DNA of 64,000 bases from Yuukianura sp. NJ FZ-2021 (lineage: Eukaryota). This document shows, one piece after another, positions 56,495-64,000 of this stretch. The stretch is taken from NCBI GenBank assembly GCA_046563655.1, contig CM102289.1, forward strand, positions 310,001 through 374,000. Direction: 5' to 3'. The translations under genes and the position numbers were made by a program. Numbering within the stretch: the stretch's first letter is position 1; each line of letters opens with the position of its first letter. The notes beneath the pieces were generated by a model. The model saw nothing but the letters and a program-made list of their open reading frames with translations. It was not told the origin of the DNA and did not search any database.

Positions 56495-58332
56495 CTTTCC
56501 CAATGTCACCAATCAGGCTCAGCTGACCAGGATCTGGATCTGCAAAACAGAAAAAGTATGAGATTAGAACGAATTCGGAAGTACTTAACAAAAGAGCATG
56601 TGACATGCACTCTACATCTCTGATTACTCGTAACTGACTATCGTAAACTAATTGATTGGACAGAATACTTTACTTGATTGACTTCTTTAACTTCTTTTTT
56701 TACCACCGTCAATCGTAGTTTCTTTGTGAATCAGCTCAGCACTCAATCGACTTTCCTTTTCAAGGGCAACTCATTCAAGAAAAAAAAGCCGAAGCCAAAT
56801 GCTCGGTTGAAGTAAGGATTAAGGATAAGCAGGTTCCATTCATGGTGTAGGCATTTTGCGTTTACAATAAATGGCTATATGCCTTGCACAAAATTGTGTG
56901 CCACTTTTAGCTAGCTTAAGTTGCCACCAAGATGAGCGGTTTGTTGTAGCCGCAGAAGATGGCCGGAATGAATACGCTCGGTGGCTACAATAAAGGTTGC
57001 TAATTTTCAGTGTACCCAAACCCTTTTTCCAGAAACTTCAATATTTCAAACTCCCGCCACTCCGAAACAGCTTCGGGTCGCACTAATCCTCAGACTTCGC
57101 CGATTTTAGGGTGGCAGTAACTTTGGTTGCGGTGAGGATATGTTGCATACGTGTAACCACGCGTCGCGTTATTAGATTAACGTTGGAAAGCATCCTACGC
57201 ACGCTTGCTGGGGCTTCGCCACAGTCTTTCGTCCGAATTTTTTCTTTCTCCAACACTTAGCGCTAAATACGCCAATGTAAAATTTTCGTTTCCTTTATAC
57301 TTTGAACTAATAGCAGTCTTTACTGCGGGCAGACAGACACACAGACAAGTTTGATATAATAAAGAAGCTTTCCTTACTTAATGAATTTCTTGAAGTTAAA
57401 TACTATCTTGAATAGGTAACGTATGTGAAGTTACTAAATGTTATGTGCTTACAAGTTCTTAATACAAGAACATCCACTTACAATTTTATAAAACTCGTTC
57501 CAGCTATTTTTTTGTGTTTTTTCAACTAATTAAAATGTAGACGTAAAGTGAATTTATTAATTCTATTTATAAAAACCATTTCGTACACTAAACTTCAAAC
57601 TTAAGAGCTAGGCCGAATTAGTACATATGATTTCCTATTTCAGTTAATAAAATATTTTATCACAAATGAGGTAGAAACAAACCCCACAGTTCATTTTCAG
57701 CAATGTGCTGTTTGTATTTGTTTTTGTTTTAACAATTTGTCACAAAAATCACCAACCTTACCTGATTTGTATCTGGAAGTTTTCGTATAACAAGCCCGTC
57801 TGATTCATTTATTCCTAAAAACCTAAGAATTTGACAAAAATTGTTTGGAACTGGGTGAGGCAAAAAGGGCAAACGTCAATTTCATGGTGTAGATTAACAG
57901 TTGCCCATCATGCAGATAGAGTTCTCATGAAGTGAGATTTAAAAAAACACGCAATGATTGAGAGAATTTTGAATCTTTTTAGGAAATGAATTCGCGAGAA
58001 ATACTGTCTAAAAATCGAAAACTAGAATTGTTTCTGAAGAAATTCAGAAGTTCTTTGGATCGCAGAACTTTGAATTTCAGATGGAAAGCGTGTCTCTGCA
58101 ATGTCAAAGTTCAAATGATTGTAAACTTCACAAGAAATTAGTCTTGAGAGCAGATCCATAGTTGCATATCTTTGCTGTGAAAACAAAAGTGTAAAAAAGA
58201 CTTGCGTATTCAGTGGTTGTGTGACAGTTTCCCTCACTCGTTCAGTTGCGAATTTTTATAAAGATTTCAAGAAAACGCCGATTTCTTTATTTCTCATTTT
58301 CCGTTATAGTAATTGCTACTTCAGATTTGGAT

Positions 58333-59124
58333 ATGTCTTTTGCCAAATTTGCCACTTTCGCGTTGTTATACTATATTTTTATCGTGCAAAATGGTAAGGA
58401 TGTTTAAACCATTTTTACTGTTATCAAATTGAAAGTATGGTTCTTAAGTAGCAAAAACGAATTGATGATTTGACCTTGTCTGTCGCTCCGTCAGCGGTGA
58501 TTGAGTCGGTTTTCGCCGATGACTAATTGGAATTTTCAAACAAGGTTGTTATAGCAACGGAATAGTTTTTCTTTAACAGGTTAGGCGGCTACTTTTTGTG
58601 GACGGTTTGAGACGGGTTTATTGAATTCCTTTGTAGATGGAAAACCATTGGAGAACAGCACCTCGGAGGGATTTCATGCTGGGTTTGTTAGAGTTGGCGG
58701 AGATCAAATTCGGGGTTACACAAAGCTTGCAGCGTTGGGACAGGAAGAAATTGGTCCCTCCGAAAGTGCTGGTATGCAAATCTTGTACTCAAACAGCAAC
58801 TACAACTTGGAGAAGGGTCTCAACGTGAAGCATGGAGTTGGCGTGTTCAAGGCGTCCCTTATTGCGGGAAATGGAACAGACATTTTGGACGTGGACGCTT
58901 TGAGTGGAGGTGTTGAGGTTGGAGTGGGCGGCATGGCAAGGGGTTCTCTCATCGATACAACATTCAATCTGGGACGAGTGGGATTGGATGGCCGAGTCTC
59001 ATTGGATACTGGAGCCATCTTCGATGACGGAAACTTTGAAGCCAAGTTATTAGGAATTGGAGGGAAAGTTGGGAAAGATGGAATACAAGCATGTTTCATC
59101 TTTTGCATTGGATTCAAGTGGTGA
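58333..59124 (+). CDS. Secreted glycine-rich protein, paralog A (2 exons)
   Basis: Exon 58333-58393 (MSFAKFATFALLYYIFIVQN) splices in phase 1 to the acceptor at 58636, giving DGKPLEN...CFIFCIGFKW*. Confidence 0.8.
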
Positions 59125-60986
59125 ATAGAACACAATATTCGGCAGAATATTCAAAAATAAATGTAAATATAATATAGATCACGCAGAATATAAATAAATA
59201 AAAACTACACAAACGTGGAACTATAGTGGTTCAAGTTCGAACTTTAGAGTTTCAACTTTCGAATTCGGTCCTGAATATTTTTTCTTTGTGTCAGTCTCAA
59301 ATTTTCCTTTTCTTTAGACTTTGATCGAAAAGCAGTCAATTGTGTGGACAGACGGACAGACACGTTGTAACAAAGAGGCTTTCGTGGCTATTGAATTATT
59401 CAAAGTTAAATATTTTGAAAATGTGTACTTAGGTGTATATGCACTAAATGTGTTGACCTAACAATTTGTGAATAAAACACTTACAATTAAGAAAACGATT
59501 GCAAACTATTTTTTATTTTTTTTGGAAAATACAGATGTACAGCGAAAAAATTAATGGGCAAATTTGTGACAGAGTGAAAAGTAGATAGGTGCACGGTTGG
59601 CGAGTTTTATTTGAGTTTATGAGGTGTTCATTTTGCGATGGCACTATAATTTTATCAGGAGCTACGTGCAAGTGCTTATATTTGAAAATGGAGATGTGTA
59701 CGAAGGAAGAAGTTGCAGTGATTGTGTGGGATTTCAAGATTGGCCACTTTTCCTAGCCGGAAAGTCAAACTATCTGTATAGTTCCCAATTTTTACCGATT
59801 TTACCGATAGGGTTGAAATTAATCGCAAATATACACCATTAACATTCAAACTGTACATATTTTGAAGTTTAGTACAGTAATTATAGCAAAAATAGCTAGA
59901 ATTTTGACTTTAAAGACAATAATATTTTTAGTGTTGCAGGGTACTACTCCCAGTTTATGTTGGAGTGATCACACCAGGTTCGTTTGGACGCTGGCTTCTA
60001 TTTGAAATTTTCCGCTCTACAGACACCCGGCTTGAGACCCGGTTTGTATTGGGAACCGGCTTTTATTAGAAGTTTTACGGTAGGTGGTATTTACGTCAGT
60101 TGGAATTATACCAGTACTACAAGCACGACAGCAGCAAGGACAAATACAACGGAAGCATTTACATCACTGACCGAACTGCTAAAAAGCCCAACCGTATTTT
60201 CAAAAAGGAGGTGAAACCAGCTTCTATTTTAAAACCCATCTCACACACTAAACTTCAAACTTATGAGCTATGCCGAATTAGTACATATGATTTACGATTT
60301 CAGTTACTAAAATATATTATCAAAAATGCGGTATAAACAAAACCCACAGTTCATCTAAAACAATGTGTTGTTAGAATCTGTTTGGTTTTTGACAATTTGT
60401 CATAAAAATCGAACATAAGTTGGAAGTTTTCGTATGAAAAGCCCGTCGAATTCATTGAATCGTAAAAAGAAATACAGATTTTGCAAGAATTCTTAGGAAT
60501 TGTGTCAAGCGAAAAAGGCAAAGGTGAATTCCTAGGTGTAGATTAACAGTTGCCCTTCAAGCAGATAGAGTTCGCATGAAGTGATAGATTTACAAAACAG
60601 ACGGAATGGCTGACACAATTTTGAATCTTTTTAGGAAATGAATTCGCGAGAAAAGCTCTAAAACACGAAAACCAGAATTGTTTCTGAAGAAATTCGGACG
60701 TTTTTTTTGGATCGCAGAACTTTGAATTTAAGATGGAAAGCGTGTCTCTGCAATGTCAAAGGTCGTTTGATTGTGAACTTCACAAGAAATTAGTCCTGAG
60801 CAGATCCATATAGTAGTTGTAACGTTTGCTGTAAAAACAAAGGTATAAAACAGACTTGCGTATTCAGTGGTTGTGTGACAGTTTCCCTCACTCGTTCAGT
60901 TGCGAATTTTTATAAAGATTTCAAGAAAACGCCGGTTTTTTATTTAAGATTTTCCGTTATAGTAATTGCGACTTCAAATTCCGATA

Positions 60987-62076
60987 ATGTCTCTTGCCAA
61001 ATTCGCCACTTTGGCGTTGTTATACTATGTTTTTATCATGCAGAATGGTATGGAAAGTTAAACCGTTTTTAATATTATCAAATTGAAAGTATGGTTTTTA
61101 AGTAGCGAAAGCGAATTTATGGTTTGACCTTGTCCGTCTGTCCGTCAGCGGTAATAATCTCAGGGTCAGTTTTCCCCGATGACTATTTGGCAGCGTATCC
61201 TTAAAACACGCTTTAAAAAACATACAACGTGTTTTTTATGTTTAGACGCTCTTTTGTTTAATGCTTTAGACCTTTTTTTGTTATCCATGACCAATTTTTC
61301 TTAAACACTATTCGGTAAAAACTTCAAGATTTCCGAAAATGTGTCGTTTTTCCTTATAATTTTGCCAATTTTTCATGTTTTATATAGAACAAAAGTTACC
61401 CATAATTTAAAAAGCGTTTAAATCGTTTAAAACAGCATGTTTAAAACGTCCGTTTAAACCAAGAATACCCTGCTGCTACCTGGGATGTTCAACCAAGGTT
61501 GTTATAGCAACGGAATACTTTTTTTAACAGGTAACAGCTACTTTTTGTAGACGGTTTGACATGGATTTATTGAATTCCTTTGTAGATGCAAAACCACTGG
61601 AGAGCAGTGATCACTCACAGGGAATTCATGCGGGGTTTGCTAATGTTGCCACAGGTTATAGGCGAGGTTCTGCAAAGTTGTCAGCGATCGGAGGGGAAGC
61701 AAGTGATAGCTCGGATAATGCTCGTATGCAACTGTTATACGTAAACACGGACTACGATTGGGATGAGGATGTGAAGGTGAAGCATGGAGTTGGCTTGTTC
61801 AAGGGGTCCTGGGAATTGGGAAATGGACTCCACACTGCTGACATGAACGCTTTGAGTTCAGGTTTTGAGGTTGGAATGGGCGGCATGGGAAGGGCTTCTC
61901 TCGTCGAGGCAACTATGACTCTGGGGCCGGTGGAATTCGGCAGCTCAATCGGAGTGGATACTGGAGCCATCTACAGTAATGGAAACGTTGAAGCCAAGTT
62001 TTTAGGAATTGGAGGGAAAGTTGGAAAAGATGGAATACAAGCATGTTTCATCTTTTGCATTGGATTCAAGTGGTGA
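60987..62076 (+). CDS. Secreted glycine-rich protein, paralog B (2 exons)
   Basis: Exon 60987-61047 (MSLAKFATLALLYYVFIMQN) splices to the acceptor at 61585, giving DAKPLES...CFIFCIGFKW*. Confidence 0.82.
61189..61483. mobile_element. About 290-bp insertion specific to the paralog B intron (MITE-like)
   Basis: Absent from copy A at the aligned site; imperfect inverted ends ggcagcgtatcctt / aagaataccctgctgc. Confidence 0.6.
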
Positions 62077-63488
62077 ATAGAACAAAATATTCGGCAGAAT
62101 ATTGATAAATAAATGTAAATATAATATAAATAATATGAATCAGGCAGAATATAAATAAACAAAGAAACAAGGACGGAGAACTAGTTGTTAGACTAGAAGG
62201 AACTAGAACCTTTAGACATTTCTCGAAAAGCCGTCTAAAGTGCGGACAGACAGACACACGTTGTAATAATGTAGCTTTCAGGGCTTATTGAATTATTAAA
62301 CGTTGAATATTTTGAAAGGTGTGTTAGGTATATGTACTAAATGTGCTGATAATAATAACAATTTCTGAATAAAGCACTTACAATTTAGAAAACGATTCCA
62401 AACGATTTGTTTGTGCAAAACACAGACGTACAGTGAAATAAATTAATGCACTTTGTGAAGGAATGAAAAAGTAGAGAGGTTCACGGTTGACAAATTTTAT
62501 TAGAGTTTATGAGGTGTTCATTGTTGGTTTGATCTTGATTAGGCACAATAATTTGTCAAGAGGTACGCGCATGTGCTGGTGCCGACTTCTTAAGAATGAT
62601 CTGCATAGTGCTGGATACTTGAAAATGGAAAATGTATACAAGAAGTTGGAGTGACTGTTGGAGTGAAACGGAACTGAAGACGGAGGGAGTAACTACAAAA
62701 TCCAAACTCCGAACTCAACAACCCCCGCAGCACTTTCCACTTTGTCAACAACCCACGGACCAAGGGGGTGGAAAAGTTTCACGGTTATACAAAATCATCT
62801 TTTCCAAAGAAAAACCACAAAAGTTTAGTTTATAAAAAAACTAAAAAATTAAGTTTCTACTAAAAAAAAACGTTTCACTCAAAACTAAATGTTGATTTAA
62901 AGCGAGCTTCCTCACTAGTAAAAACCGTATGCCTTGTTTAGTGCCATAAAAAGTACTAAAAATACAAGTATTTATGTATATATTTAAAACAATAGCTACT
63001 AACATTTACTCAGAGTGAAACAGTGGTAGGTGGTCGGTGGTCGGACAAGTGGTAGGTAGACTGAAAAGTGGTCGGTGGTCGGAAAAGTGGTGGTGGTTGG
63101 TGATCAGCGAAAAGTAAAAATTATATGTTACTTTGTCTTCTTTTAAATTCTGGCCGTTTAAATATTTGGGCGGTTTGCTCTGTAGTTGTCGGGGGAAGAA
63201 ATTCCTTGATTGTTGCACTCACACACCTGTATTCCCTCCGTTCAACTAAAAAGTTCATCTCATCCCTCGTCAGTTTAGAGTGAGCAGTGGCCACGGTCAC
63301 ACTGTGACTTCATTCTAACGCATGTGCATGTCCACAGCAGTGCAAAAACACAACTCTCACCAAAACATTCCTGCGTGTCAACAATCTCTTCCTTTCGCAA
63401 TCGCATTCCACCCTGCCACATTCTTTCACTTTGACATGTGAACTCCACAAAACTTCTAGTGCTCCAAGGGCCCCCAAAAACCACAAAA

Positions 63489-64000
63489 ATGGTCCCCTTA
63501 AGGGCCGTGGTCACTTCCGTGGTTCTTCTCTGGACACTTTGTCACGCCAATGTCACTCGTGACCTCCACTTTGATACAGTTGAAAACATTCCCGAAGGGA
63601 CCCTAGTTGGCACCATCACTGGTCCAAGTCCTCCGTTTCTCATAGTTGGGACAGACACGAGTGATTTAACAATTGACCAAAGCAATGGCCAGATTCGGAC
63701 CAAGGTCAAGTTGGACCGAGAGTCACGTGACCTCTACTCTTTTGTGGCAATTCCACTTAATGGAGGTGGTGAAAGTGTCCGTGTGTCCGTCCGCGTCACA
63801 GACACAAACGACAATTTCCCGACTTTCGCTACTTCTGTAATGACGGTTGAATTTCCCGAAAACACTCCGCGTGACGTCAAAAGAACTTTGCAGCCCGCAC
63901 GAGACAGTGATCTCGGACTTTTTAATACACAAAGATACGTCATTTCTGACGGCAACGTCAACAATGCCTTTCGGTTGTCATCGCACCGTGAACGCGACGG
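63489..64000 (+). CDS. ds: Dachsous protocadherin, 5' part (runs off the window; missed by the ORF track)
   Basis: Signal peptide MVPLRAVVTSVVLLWTLCHA, then cadherin motifs IRTKVKLDRE, DTNDNFP, EFPENTPRDVKRTL and NAFRLSSHRERD matching recalled Dachsous EC1-EC2. Confidence 0.9.
   Translation, partial: MVPLRAVVTSVVLLWTLCHANVTRDLHFDTVENIPEGTLVGTITGPSPPFLIVGTDTSDLTIDQSNGQIRTKVKLDRESRDLYSFVAIPLNGGGESVRVSVRVTDTNDNFPTFATSVMTVEFPENTPRDVKRTLQPARDSDLGLFNTQRYVISDGNVNNAFRLSSHRERD

Larger units (their letters stand above)
57585..62660 (+). repeat. Tandem segmental duplication (about 57585-59740 and 60245-62660)
   Basis: Colinear similarity from acactaaacttcaaactta through upstream region, both exons, intron and 3' flank. 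Confidence 0.93.

Noticed and set aside
58561..58640. Paralog A as a pseudogene (ACG where B has ATG; TAG after the first acceptor)
   Set aside because: Both copies have an upstream signal-peptide exon that splices in frame at the downstream ttcctttgtag acceptor, so these differences are intronic.
63723..63964. Minus-strand ORFs at the window end
   Set aside because: Antisense shadows of the dachsous coding exon on the plus strand.

Overview
Gene-dense, AT-rich eukaryotic DNA with mostly short (about 60-110 nt) spliceosomal introns, so the ORF track shows exon fragments only. It is animal and most likely arthropod, judging from a ZAD-like zinc-finger gene, an insect-like SelD sequence and dachsous. 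Gene models were spliced by hand from GT/GC-AG sites and reading-frame phase. In order: secreted Cys-rich protein (-), mevalonate kinase (-), small orphan gene (+), SLC6 transporter (-), Asef/collybistin-type RhoGEF with alternative first exons (+), an FMRFamide-receptor-like GPCR fused to a signal peptide and a roughly 500-aa LRR-like ectodomain (-), KIF19-like kinesin-8 (-), MRP1/ABCC transporter (-), small secreted 8-Cys peptide (+), divergent intronless GPCR (-), ZAD-C2H2 protein (-), compact 53BP1 (-), selenophosphate synthetase with an in-frame UGA and a 3'UTR SECIS (-), a tandem duplication of a secreted Gly-rich beta-strand protein (+,+), and the 5' end of dachsous (+). Introns carry tRNA-derived SINE-like copies, several MITE families (one piggyBac-like) and a G-rich minisatellite. 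The strongest novelty candidates are the LRR-like/peptide-GPCR chimera, the recoded SPS gene and the duplicated Gly-rich secreted proteins. All family calls are from recalled motifs; no database search was run.
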